DNA from: Styela clava
Taxonomy: Eukaryota
Reading direction: 5' to 3'
DNA: 64,000 nt
Assembly (NCBI RefSeq): GCF_964204865.1
Contig: NC_135260.1
Span: 14,570,001-14,634,000 of the forward strand
The notes below the pieces were generated by a model. That model had not been told where the DNA came from. It did no database searches and saw only the letters and a list, made by a program, of their open reading frames with translations. A program made the position numbers and the translations under genes. Shown here piece by piece: positions 13,113-25,200 of the stretch (its first letter is position 1; every line of letters starts with the position of its first letter).

Positions 13113-15003
13113 TTATTGGACACGTAGTGGACATAACGATAGTTTCAATATTATGTTGTTCTTGTTGGACACGTAGTGGACATAACGATCGTTTCAATAT
13201 TATTGGACACGTTTAGTGGCCATAACGATCGTTTCAATATTATGTTGTTGTTGTTCTTGTTCTTTGACACGTTTTTAAAAAATCGCTTTTCTCTTCGAAT
13301 ACTGGACCAATTGCTTTGAAATTTTCAGTGGTTAAAGATTAATTTCTTCGCTAGAAGGCTATTACTTTTATTTATCTCAAAATTTTGCGTGAATTCTATG
13401 AAATTTGATATTTCGTCTAAAATTTTGCTGTATTATTTTTTATCCATGGGAACACGGATTTTAGTCAGTGTCATGACTGGCTGTACGTTTTGATTCTGCA
13501 AAATTCTTGCTACTGGAAATTCAGAACTTATTTGAGGGTACCGGTAGCGTCAAAGGTACCGGTAAAGACTGATTCGCTCTGGTCTAACGTGTCCATATAT
13601 TTGTGCGTAGCTCTCTTGTGTTGTTGTTGTTCTTGTTCTTTGACACGTTTTTAAAAAGTCGCTTTTCTCTTTGATTACTGGACTAATTGCTTTGAAATTT
13701 TCAGTGGTTGAAGATGAAATTTTTCTCCAGAAGGCTATTACTTTTATTCATTTAAAATATTTCTGTTAGCTCTGTAAGATTTGTTTTTGTTTGCTATGAC
13801 GTCACTAAACGTTCTGCGGATATCGGACGCCATTTTGTGTCCAACGGACCATCTTGCAATTTCAATTCACGCTGTCACAAGACAGGACCTTCTAAAGATA
13901 GAGAAGTTCTGGTACCGTAACACAGCGCGGTGACACTGAACTAACTCGTAGCTGTCAAAAGCTTGAAAATCCATACATATATGAGAAATAAAAAGATGAA
14001 ACTTGGCAGGTGGGTAGAGTTGTGTTTCTTTTAACCATATTTGAAAGTTTCGCGTTTCTACATTTGAAGGAGGGGGAATAGGGGGTTTGCATTTCCGATA
14101 CGTCGATAATATCTTTGTCAACCAATTTGCGGCCACCGTGTTTTCGTCTGTTTGATTGCTGTGATGTGGTGCTTTGTTTATAATTTAACGAGTTTTGTTC
14201 GAAATAACCGCGTTCTTGAAATATATGACGGTCAGAAATGCAATTAGAAGCCCAATGTTTTCACGCTGTCACAAGACAGGAACTTCTAAAGATAGAGTAG
14301 TTCTGGTACCGTAACACAGCGCGGTGACACTGAACTAACTCGTAGCTGTCAAAAGCTTGAAAATCCATACAAATATAAGAGATAAAAAGATGAAACTTGG
14401 CAGGTGGGTAGAGTTGTGTTAACCATCTTTGATAGTTACTTCTATCCCCCGGGATAAATATGTAAATCCTATCCTAATACGCCGATATTATCTTTGTCAA
14501 CCAATTTGCGACCACCGTGTTTTGTCTGTTTGATTGCTGTTTGGCTGCGTATGCGATAGTCTCGACGCAGCAGAAACGATGATCAAGGCTTGAAATCCGT
14601 GGTCGCACACTGGTCGTTCGGTCGCAAATACGTCTTTCGAGTGCCGTACTTTGGGGATTTGTATAGCTTTAACCCTTTGTCGTAGAAAGTTAATACGAGG
14701 TTTAGCGTGTAGAATAAATGCCGCCAATGCACCCACGGTGAAAAAATTAACGGGTTAGATATATATTGGTTTTTGTTTTATAGCGGTTTGAATGAAATTG
14801 TCCGCAGACTGGCAACACCACCCTAGGCCTGGTGAGTTGTCCGTGTAGTCGAATTGTCCATCAGCCCTAAACGGCTATGACAGTCACTGTACCAAAAATT
14901 GTACCCCGATTCGGCTGGTGTTAAGTTGACGCATGTTATTTAGTAACGTTTTTATGTGAAATGTTTGACTGCGTGTCCATATATTTGAGCATTGCTCTCT
15001 TGT
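13113..15003 (+). mobile_element. Non-autonomous Helentron/HINE-like rolling-circle element(s), compound, nested in the Academ element
   Basis: 5' TTATTGGACACG (three tandem copies, 13113-13212) and complementary subterminal CGTGTCCAT at 13588 and 14972; 3' hairpin GAGCattGCTC followed by TCTTGTT into a T-run; internal duplicated blocks 13245-13400/13620-13775, 13867-14025/14260-14420 and 14108-14162/14487-14540. Confidence 0.5.
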
Positions 15004-16424
15004 TTTTTCCGGACATTTGTTAGTGTCGTAGTCCTGTTTCTAGAAATAATATTGCCCTTGTTCAAATACATAACCACACAAACTAAAAAAAGACTAATTG
15101 TAATATTTCTGTTCACTATGTTATGTACATATTGTACATTCATTTAATTTTCTTGACTTTTACGATAAAATTTCTAAGTGAGAAATTACTGATTTATTTG
15201 TGTTTTCGTGCTCACGATGTTAATTTGTGACTTCATTGCTTAAAAATAAATACGTTTGATAGCTTCTATAAAATGGATGTAGCTTTTTATGCTGTTCTTG
15301 TTGTAAGCTACTTGTGGTTATTACATAAAATTTATTCGCTAATGTGAATCAGCGTTGTTGGTGTCGCTGCTTTCGAGGTCACCCGCGACTCCTGTCACAC
15401 AATTAAAGTATTTTTTGTTGTAGGTTACATGTATGCCATATTTTTCGTAATCTACCTAATAAATTATGATTGACTGAGAAAGTCCGATTTTGGTCAGGCA
15501 AAACATTACAGAAATACATTTGTGTTAGTGTGCTGTAGGGCTCTCGAATTGCATAATTCTTATGTATGTGTTGTAAACTTATGGTTATTGAATTTCCGGG
15601 AACCTCTTATATTCAATTTCGCATCAGGATTGTAGAACAAGCTGTAATGAGTTCAGTATGTTCATTTTCACACAAAACTGAAGAATTTATTTAGTTACCA
15701 GATGTGCGCTACGAAACTCATTTTCTGGGCGTTTTCAAGGCTTCGTCTCACGGCCCTTATCCGTGGCAAGGATCTACAAGTGTTTAATAACTTACTTATA
15801 CTTTTTAACAACGTCTTAGCATAACTTAACTAATAATAACTAAACAGGGCTATGGAAAGGCTGCCCAACTCAACGCAAGATCGAGCAGTAATAACTAAGA
15901 TTCATCCGCTCGCTAACAGCTGATACGATTCAATTGTTACGTCATGCAGAAGCCATTGTTCATTGCCGAAAATGCATAGAATATAGGACAGATCGTAGCA
16001 CATATTTCTTGTAGTAAAAGCGTCTTTTCCGTAAAACGTGCAACTTTTGGAAGTGGGAACAAGGCAATATTTGTTACTAAATTTTTAAGGAACATTTTAA
16101 AATCATTTTCAGGTAGTTACCTGATGTGCGCTACGAAATTCACTTTCTAGGCGTTTTTCAGGGTCTCGGCTCGCGGCCTATATAGTTTACCCTGAGTTTA
16201 CCCAACGACTAACATACCGAGTTTACCATTGCAAAATTTTCGGAGCTATTTTGAGAGTGCATTTGCAAGTTGGCGCCTGTAAAATGGGGTATGTGTTTCA
16301 AACCATCATTATGATTCATCCCATACAAGAATCTGTTTTTTAAAAGTACCGGTAAAGAATTTTAGCCTAGTCTATCACAGCTATTCCTACACTAATTTTT
16401 TATTACTGCAATTAAATTAGACAA

Positions 16425-19256
16425 TAAGTTTATTTCGTCGTGCAAGAAATCATAACACAAATTCAAAATAGGAAAAAGTACTTATGCATTACAGTAACGG
16501 ATTTCATTGCAATTAACTGGAAGTCGCGAAGGACCAGAGATGGTCATCATAAGTCTGCGACACCAAGATTAAAAAGGAGTTAATAAAATTTGAAATAAAT
16601 GAAAGCAATAAGCACGAAGAGAAACCTATTCATTCGATAATTAACCAACAAGATTGATATGAATCAGCATATATGATTTGGAAGAGAATGTAAAAATAAA
16701 AGTCGGGGAAATTCAATTGATATACGGTAATTATAAAAATAATTCACCATATCATTCAGCTGTACTTCCGTATAATTGCAGCGATTAAATTTTTTATCTA
16801 TTGTCATATGCAACACTAAATCGAGCGATCATTTTATTTGATGAAAAAAATTAAGCAACCTCCATGAACGAATTCTAAGGCACAACTTATACTCCATGTA
16901 CAACCAGCAACATATAATTAAGGAAGAAAATAAAATTTGGCCCAAGGTCGAGTTAGGCCTTAAGCGCATACATCGAGATCGGAGGCGACTTCAGCCACTT
17001 ATAGTTTCAGTTGGTTAGCTAACAGCGGTCAATCATTCATCAACGAACTGGAAAATTGTTTAGGTTGCTGAGCGACCGCACGCGCATTCAGAATCTGATT
17101 TATAGAGACAAAAAGTTTAGGGTAAGAAAAATAATACTATATCAGGCGACTCGGAAGCTATGTCACGGAACGGCAGTGAAGCGAACCGCTATTGTTTATA
17201 ATTTATATGACAAAGACGACAATAGGCCATGAAACTGTCAGCAAAGCTGCAGTTTATAAAGACTACCAGTAGTTTTTGAATAAATATTTTTTATATGTAT
17301 TCTTGAAGCAGTTTATAAAGACTACCGGTAGTTTTTGAGTAAATACTTTCTATATGTATTCTTGGAAGTTGTGTAGCCATGTGATTTTATTTCGTGTGAA
17401 ATATTGTTCCATATTTTGATACCTGTGTATTTGATTGAGTTTTGTGTTCTTGCAGTAGAATATTTGGGAGCAATATAATTTCCACGCGAAGAAGATCGGG
17501 TGTAATGTGCGCGGGTGTTACACTGCTTAGTAAAATATTTATCGAATGCTTCAGGTAGGGATTTATTTTGGTGTTGATACATTAGTTTTGCAATTTCAAA
17601 ATTATATAAGTTTTTCAATTTCAGAATGTTGAGTGTCGAATATAGCTGATTAATCTTAGTTCTAGGTGCTGCATTGCAAAGAGATCTAGCAATTCGGTTT
17701 TGTAAGACATTAATTTGTTTTAAATATTCTTGTGCAGCAGCTCCCCATGCTGAGATTCCATACTGAACAGAAGATTGAAAGAGTGAAAAATACACAGAGC
17801 GCAGGGTTGACGTAGGCATTTATTGTTTGAGCTTGTAGGTGATACCGACTGCTCTAGTTATTTTTTTCACCACATGCTCAATATGTTTGTCCCATTTAAG
17901 ACCAGAATCAGTAAAAATTCCTAGGTATTTGTATAACACATTTTCTAATTTGGTACTATCAATTTTTATTGATAAGTCATGGTTTACCTGTTGCTTTTGG
18001 GGAGTAATTATCATAAATTTTGATTTTTCAATATTACTTGTCAATTTATTTGAAACCATCTAATCATGTACCTTCAGCATTTCATAGTTTACAATATTCT
18101 CTAAAGTTAAAATTGATTTATGACTGGAAAGAAGACCGATGTCGTCAGCGAATAGTTTCGTTACTAAGAGCAGTTGGTGGGATCATTAATATATATTAAG
18201 AAAAGGATTGGGCCAAAACTTGATCCCTCTGGGACGCCACAAACTATTGGTAAAGTTTTAGATGCTACATCGCCATTTTTTACAAATTGAACTCAGTTCG
18301 TTAAGTAGCTATTTAAAAGTGATTGGAAGAAATCCATAATTAGATAGTTTATGAAGCAAAATTTTGTGGTCAACTGTATCGAATGCTTTCTTCAAATCGA
18401 TGAAAACAGAACAAACAATCTCATTATTTTCTAATTTGTCATAGATGTAAGACATCATGTCTAAAATAGTATATGGTTTGTTGAATGGTTGTCCCTAAAT
18501 CCAAATTGAGATTTATTTATTATATTATGTTTGTTGATAAATTTTACCATTCTTTCATATATAAGTTTTTCAAAAAGTATGTTTAAACAAGAAAGAATAT
18601 AAATAGGTCTGTAGTTAGATATTATTTTATTATCACTAGATTTTAAAATTGGTGTTACTCGAGCAATTTTGAATACTGAAGGGTACATACCCAGCTGTAT
18701 TGATTCATTGAACGGAATCATAAGGACTGGCGATATTATGTTTACAATATGCTGAAGGAAACATGATGGAATGTTATCAGGACCAATAGCTTTGCCCTTT
18801 TTTAGGCTTGAAATACCACCTATTATTTCTGAGAGTAAAACAGGCTGAAGAAATATGGTTTGCGAGATCTTCAAAAGGAAGTATTTTTTGTAATCCGAAA
18901 CATCATTAAATTGACTGGCTAATTTTGGACCGATGTTAGTGAAATAGGTGTTGAACTCATTTGCTATCAGCAACTTTATTAGTTTATTACTTTATAGTTT
19001 TATTTTGTAACATAATTTCTGTAATAGTATTCTGTTTGTCATTTTTAACATTTACTATTTCTTTGATTGTTTTTCATGTTTGCTTTATATTGTTTCGGTT
19101 TTGCTTAAGCGTATTATGATAATGAAGTTGTTTAGCTTTCTTTATTTTTCCTTTCAGTTTGTTGCAATACCTCTTGTATAAATGCTGCTGTGACATGTTA
19201 CCTTTCAAATAGGACTTATTGCGCATTTTATTTTTGATGGACACTCGTATACCCAC
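16425..19256 (-). mobile_element. 5'-truncated, degenerate non-LTR retrotransposon (CR1/L2/Crack-like ORF2 reverse transcriptase plus 3' UTR)
   Basis: ORF fragments IANEFNTYFTNIG, KAIGPDNIP, SNYRPI, SQFGFR..HST, FIDLKKAFDTVDH, CGVPEGSSFGPILFLIYIND, KLFADD, YKYLGI, YGISAWG, with frameshifts and stops. Putative 3' end CGAAATAAAC at ~16430; the 3' boundary is approximate. Confidence 0.9.
17249..17366. repeat. 59-bp tandem duplication at the LINE ORF2 stop codon
   Basis: GCAGTTTATAAAGACTACCxGTAGTTTTTGAxTAAATAxTTTxTATATGTATTCTTG twice. Confidence 0.85.
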
Positions 19257-19282
19257 TATAAATTAAAACTTCTAGGAAGACA

Positions 19283-19510
19283 GAGTGCTGATTGAATTAT
19301 CTGATTTATATTTAAGTTTCCGAAACACAACAGAAAACTAACGCGAAAACGAAGTAATGTTTACGACCACGCTTAAAAATCTGTCTGAGTGAGAAAAGTG
19401 TCTGAGCGGATGCGTAAAGGGAGCCTTGTTACGTCACTTTTCGCATCGTGCTGATTGGCCAATGTCACGAAATAAATAAGAAAGTTGATGGTCGGGAAAA
19501 GGTTCATTAG
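19283..19510 (+). repeat. Diverged interspersed repeat shared with ~1885-2125
   Basis: Shared AATGTTTACxACCAxGCTTxAAxATCTGTCTGxGxGAxxxAAGTGTCTGAxCGG core. Confidence 0.65.
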
Positions 19511-19949
19511 GTAAATTGAATTGGAGGTAAGATATAATTCAAATTTAATGTCAATTTTAAGTTAAGACTACAAGAAAATACTTGTAACAGGTTTTAAAAG
19601 TTTCATTCGAAGCAGAATTGGTGGTTCACACCAATCGCACGATATGTCTTCTCGCAAAAGACACGAAACACCCATCCATGTCGCTGTGGTTGGGATCCCG
19701 ATTCGAAATCTCGGCGATTTCGACTTATTCATTCATCTTAATATCAGGATTATTATGTCGGAATCATAAGAATTCAAAGTGTAATTTTTATCTTTTACAT
19801 CACATTTTATCACCCGGAATACTGATTACGGAGTTGAAATAAATTCTCTGGCGATATACTTCAGTTCTTTAAACTACGGTCATGAAAGTAAGCCTATCTG
19901 ATACTAGCCCGCGCAGATCAAATTTGGGTTTTTAAGTCAGCCAGCATTT

Positions 19950-20078
19950 TCTGTCAGCCGGTTCTGTTACAAACGGAACATTGACAGTAACCAGTACTTC
20001 TAACCGGTTTGCTGATCTCATAAAATTCCACGAGATGGTTCTATAGAACCGGTGCGAACCGGCTGAATCCCACCATCG
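19950..20078. mobile_element. hAT-type MITE end fragment with AACCGG subterminal repeats
   Basis: ...AGAACCGGTGCGAACCGGCTGAATCCCACCATCG; the reverse complement resembles the CAGTGGTGGGATTCAGCCGGTTCGCACCGGTTC hAT terminus. Confidence 0.5.
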
Positions 20079-21956
20079 GGTGAAACTACATTTAGTGATT
20101 CCTAGTCTGGCACAACTCTACCAAAATGCTTTGTGTAAGTCCCGAAACGAAAAGTTGCCTTATCTTGATACCTCAATAGCCCCCAAATCAATCTTCAAAC
20201 ACCAGAAATATTTCATTGTATATCACAATTTATAATTCAGTTCCAATGCTGAAATATATGCCCAGTCGAATAACAACAATTTGTCATTGTGGCTATCAAA
20301 TATAAGCAAGTATAATATATTCTTGCATGCGTTCATCAGCTCACAATGACAAGGTACCTCCCTATTCGACTAGGCAACTTCCATGAAGATCATGTTAACA
20401 ACTGCATAACAAAAAATAAAAGAAATCAAACGAATAAAATAAAAGAACGAACGACAAAGGGAAAACGAGAAAAGATCGAACAAATAGTAACGAAATAGAA
20501 CCATAAGACCTCTCTGCTTTTTCAGAAGGGACTGGAGGAACCTAATAAAAAACAATTTTGCTAACCAATATTTGACGTTATCCTGAAATGGAATTACTTG
20601 TTCTATAGTTTCTATAGTTATCATACAATTCGTAACCTTATAGCATTAGCAACAGCTTATAAATAAATAACAGGCCAATAATGATATGTCAACTATATCA
20701 TTAAACAGTGGGGTTCGCAAGATAAAAAGGAATATCACGTCCTCAAAAACAACAAAAAAACAAAATGTAAATGAGCTATTGATTAACATTTTACCAATCT
20801 TAAGATAAATGTAATACACATCCTTAATTTTTCGGATACTACCGTGGAAATCCTATTTAACATTACCTAGGTAGTCGGATATTTATCGACATACATACAG
20901 CAAAAAAGTACTACATGCACGTACCCTACTCGTCGTATAATTATTGAAGTTAATGTTATACTCGGCAATAATGAGCAGCAGAAAAACAGTGTTATAATAA
21001 ACAAATGATGTGATACAGTAATGCTAAACTAATTTTGTTCACTATCCATGAATGAGTGGGCAATGAAATTCGCAGTATCGTCAATAAGAAAATTTCGTAG
21101 TTTATTACAGGCAATATTACATTCAAAATAGTAGTAGCATTCATTCATACGGCCCAACACAATAACACGATTCCATGTTTTGCAAACGGCAATTATTGGC
21201 CCCAAATATTTCCATTGTTCAATCGTTCTAAAATCAGGTAGGGGAATCGATACACGATTTGTAAAATATCGAAAGCAATGACGTGCAAATCGAATATTAC
21301 TTTTGTAATCAAAAAATAAAAACAAAAATAACTGAATCTTCAATATATTACAATATTATAGAAAGCAATAAATAGTAAAATAGAGCGACGCGCAATAGGA
21401 GCTAAATGTTGCGCAATAGGCGCCGAATATTGCGAAATAGTCTCACTCCTTTTATCTAGTCTAATAATAGTAAATCGTATAGTATAATAATATAATAGTA
21501 TACAGTGCGACAGCAGTAACTTGTCTCAATGGCCAGAAGGATGTCTATCATCGGACCACATTAGGTGGTACATTAGATCAACACACGGCCAATCATGATT
21601 CGATGACAAAATTCTGTCAAGGCTATTGCGATGGTAAAAATAATGATGATAATATTAATAACAATAATGTCAGTTGACAAACGGTCTTGAAGTCTTGCGG
21701 TAATGTTTTAAATTTGTATCGTCTCAAAGGCAACCGTGCTGTAAAGCACTCCGTTTTGCGTAATGCTGAGAGCGCAGTACTAAGTTTTCATGGTACCGTT
21801 TACAATCCACTTGCCTTTCGGCTCCTTCATACTTCAGAGTCTACTGGCCTCCGCATTGAGCACCTAGCTCGCAAGGCACCCATTGACTCCAACAGAGCCT
21901 GTTTTAGATCATTTAGGTGACAGATAATGTCGTCCATTTTGAAGAGAGCAGCCTCA

Positions 21957-22239
21957 TCACGGAGAGCTCTCTCGTTTTACAGCAGATTTGTCCCCATCAG
22001 CATCTTCTGTAGTTATACAAGGTATCCTGCCACTGCTTTGTGATTGGTCAGATTTTGTCGAAGACTTGTCGTCGTCCATTGAAAGTTGAAATTGAAACTT
22101 TGCAGCCGGAGAATTGTTGGACTGAGGTTGAGGTGTCCCAGAATCGCAGCAAGAACTTTCATCTTGACTTGCTTCAGCGGTGTGACTGTCGTCAGATATG
22201 TCCGCACTTTCAGCGCCGTCTTCGGGAACAGGAGAGGGA
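21957..22239 (-). CDS. PDE4: PDE4 last coding exon (ERK-type PxSP site, FQF motif)
   Basis: ctttag|(S)PSPVPEDG...[13 protein letters not shown]...RESSP-TGA; the splice creates PGSP. Confidence 0.92.
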
Positions 22240-25200
22240 CTAAAGAGGAAAATTGCCATTTAATTACATTCACTACAGGCTATGAAATCTGAACGCTTAC
22301 ATAATATTTCATCAACGAGTTGACTATAGCAAAAAATAAATTCTTATTCTAATAAAATTAAAAAAGCTTACCTTCCAGGCATTTGCTGGCTATACCATTC
22401 TCTGTTCGAAACCAATTGATCGACAATTTCCTGAGCATTTGGATTAACCAAATCCGCCCACGTTTCCCAAAGTGGGTAAGCAATGTAGTCGATGAAAATG
22501 ACCTAAAGAAGAAAAAGGATAATTGTTTATTCCATTCAATTGAAAAGAAAAAATATTAATCAATCCCGGCCAAGTCGGTGCCAAAGTAATATGTATTTGA
22601 ATCTTTTATATTTACCTGAGAGCGCTCCACGGAAGCAGTGTGTCTGTCACACATGGGACTGATTTCGAGTCCTCGATCTCTTTCCACGTCTCCTTGAAGC
22701 CAATATTCGTTCATAACTCGGTCTGTCCATCCTCTGTATAGTTCTAGTGGTTTGGTAGGATTGCTCAAATCGGCGCAATGAATCATATTTTGCAATACTT
22801 GGATTCGGTCGGTGTAGTTATCAAGCATGAGTACACCGGATGTAGCTACTTTCTTCGTTTCCACCATTGTCTTCAAATTAGCCAATAGTTGCATGTGTTT
22901 TGACATGTCGGTTGCGAGTACCTGGATAACAAATGATAATAAACAGATTAGCATAAAGGTATTACGTAGAAAAGACGTAATATAATGAGTAGTAAACAGC
23001 TAAATCACGCCAACGATAATGGTGTTATTGAATTATACTCATAGCAAGTTATCAGAATTTGTTTACAAGGCTCGTCTTCCTCATCACTTAAAATGATAAT
23101 GACGTCATATTTATTGGAAGACATCGAAACTATTATATTACGTCACAATACACAAGACGACGTAATTGCATACCGGGGGTTGGCGCAGAGTGCCGTCGTT
23201 GCTTGGTACCGCGAGGACTTGGCTAACTACCTCATAAATCATACGCCATACATGGGATGTGCATAATTAGGACTTATTTTTATTTTATAATTTATTTTTC
23301 AGTTAGAGTTCGCTTAGTCAGAACAAATGATAGTGAGTGACGAGTTCTTGTGGTAACTTAATCGAATACAGTCTCCATAAACAATTTTGTTTTTTTGTCG
23401 ACGCTATTGATCTCCGGTAACTATTCGAATCTTCAAGTAGGGGCAATTTCAATAATTTTCAAAATTTGAGGTTACGTTTGTCTGAACGGTGAACTTATAC
23501 TAGTTTCAATTTTAATACGAAACTAATGTTGAGGTACCATCAAATCTGATGGTGAAAATTAGTCTTAAACGAGGCTACGGTTAAACTTACCATGTCAATA
23601 ACAGTCTTTCTAAAACTCTGCCATTGTTTTCTAGTCAAGTTTTCGAATAAGTCGCAATCTTTTTGCTGCATGAGTTTGAAACCAACAGCCAAATGATGAT
23701 TTTCCAAAACCGATTCGTCGTTATACATGATTGCCAGTTCGCTTCCTGGTGAAAGAAAGGTCATAGTTTAGAAGATGGAACTGGAAATTTCACCTATTGT
23801 ATATAAAAAAAATTAGAAGCATAACTTACTTGTAGCACAATGAAATTGATTATTGAGACCGGGATGGTCAACGTCATGCATAGCGCCTGCAAACAGTGCC
23901 GCCAGGATTTCGATTTCAGTAAAGACGCTCTAAAATGGCGAAAAATAAAAACATCGTTATCAAAAGAGTTCTGTCAGACGATGCTATACTATTATAATCA
24001 ATTGTGGTGACATAAAGTAATACTGATAATGGTAGACGCCGATAATATTTGTACGTTAACCGCATAACAATGAATCATAACGAAATTTAATCAGAAAAAA
24101 AAAATGATCAAAAATTAAATCAAACTCACGTCGAGGGCAGCAGACGACAATAAAACGTGCACAGACTGCAAAACGTCGGCAGCGTGAATATTGTTGTGGA
24201 ATGGAACTTTACGATAATGGTCTTCGAGTGTCATTACGTATGCTAAACATTTTTGCGGAGAAATTTTATATTTGTTCAACATGTCGCGTTTCTGTTAAAA
24301 AAAATAAAATTTTTAGAATACAAAAAAACAAAATAAACATAAATTAATAATATGTATTTCAAAGCACATAAGCTATGTAACTCCGTTAAGCAATAATATT
24401 TAAAAAAAAAAACGTAATTCGGGACATTACCTGCAAAATATTGTATAAAGTAGCAGATAGAGGTCGTCCGTTTGTCATTTCAGAAACTTTAAAAAGGTTG
24501 ATGCCACCCCAAACGTCCACACCATCGAGTTCCTAAAAATATGAGAAATTGAGTAAATTTGGTTATCAATTCGATCGAGCATTCTAAGAAAATCGGGAAA
24601 CATGCCGTTACCGTAAAATTCACAACAACGAAAAAACAAAAAGGCGAAAAAGAAAGCGCGGGCGCGGTTTCGATGCCTCACGAAAAATTGTCATTAGCGC
24701 GTTTTTTGCTAATTTATCTGGTTAATTCTTCCGACACGCACAAACACGAAGCTATACTCAATACTTGTTCTTTGAAATCCGTTTTACCGGTAATTTGATA
24801 AATAAACACTTTTTAGGAGCATTTTAAATTTACAATGTGTGGTTTATGTATCGAAAAACGCAGTTACTGCAAATTCTAATCATCCACATAATCGTGATTA
24901 CATGAAAATACCAGTTGTTTTGTGATTTATTTTCTATGATGGGTTGTGAGCGATACTCTGAAAATGCTCGGTAATGAGTTGACTTGTAGATGATATCTCA
25001 TATGTATAGGTCACGTAAGGCTTTCCGCTCAACTAAATCATAAGCAATTGTTAATAACCAATACATGAGTGGCTTACGTCGACGGCGACGAGACCAATAG
25101 GAAAACATGTTTTGCGTTCATTGATACGAAATATTTTTATCGTCGTCATAAAAATCGATAAATCGTTTAGGGGTAATATAAAATCTATTATTTTTATATT

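Larger units (their letters stand above)
11354..16180 (+). mobile_element. Academ-superfamily DNA transposon, defective, with nested insertions
   Basis: Termini TAGGCCGCGAGCCGA...TCGGCTCGCGGCCTA; ~410-bp imperfect TIRs (11354-11765 and 15764-16180); identical 3-bp flanks TAT at 11351-11353 and 16181-16183; internal transposase C-terminal relic. Confidence 0.8.

Noticed and set aside
13113-13245. Short direct repeats resembling a CRISPR array
   Set aside because: Eukaryotic context, no unique spacers, no cas genes; explained as duplicated element ends.
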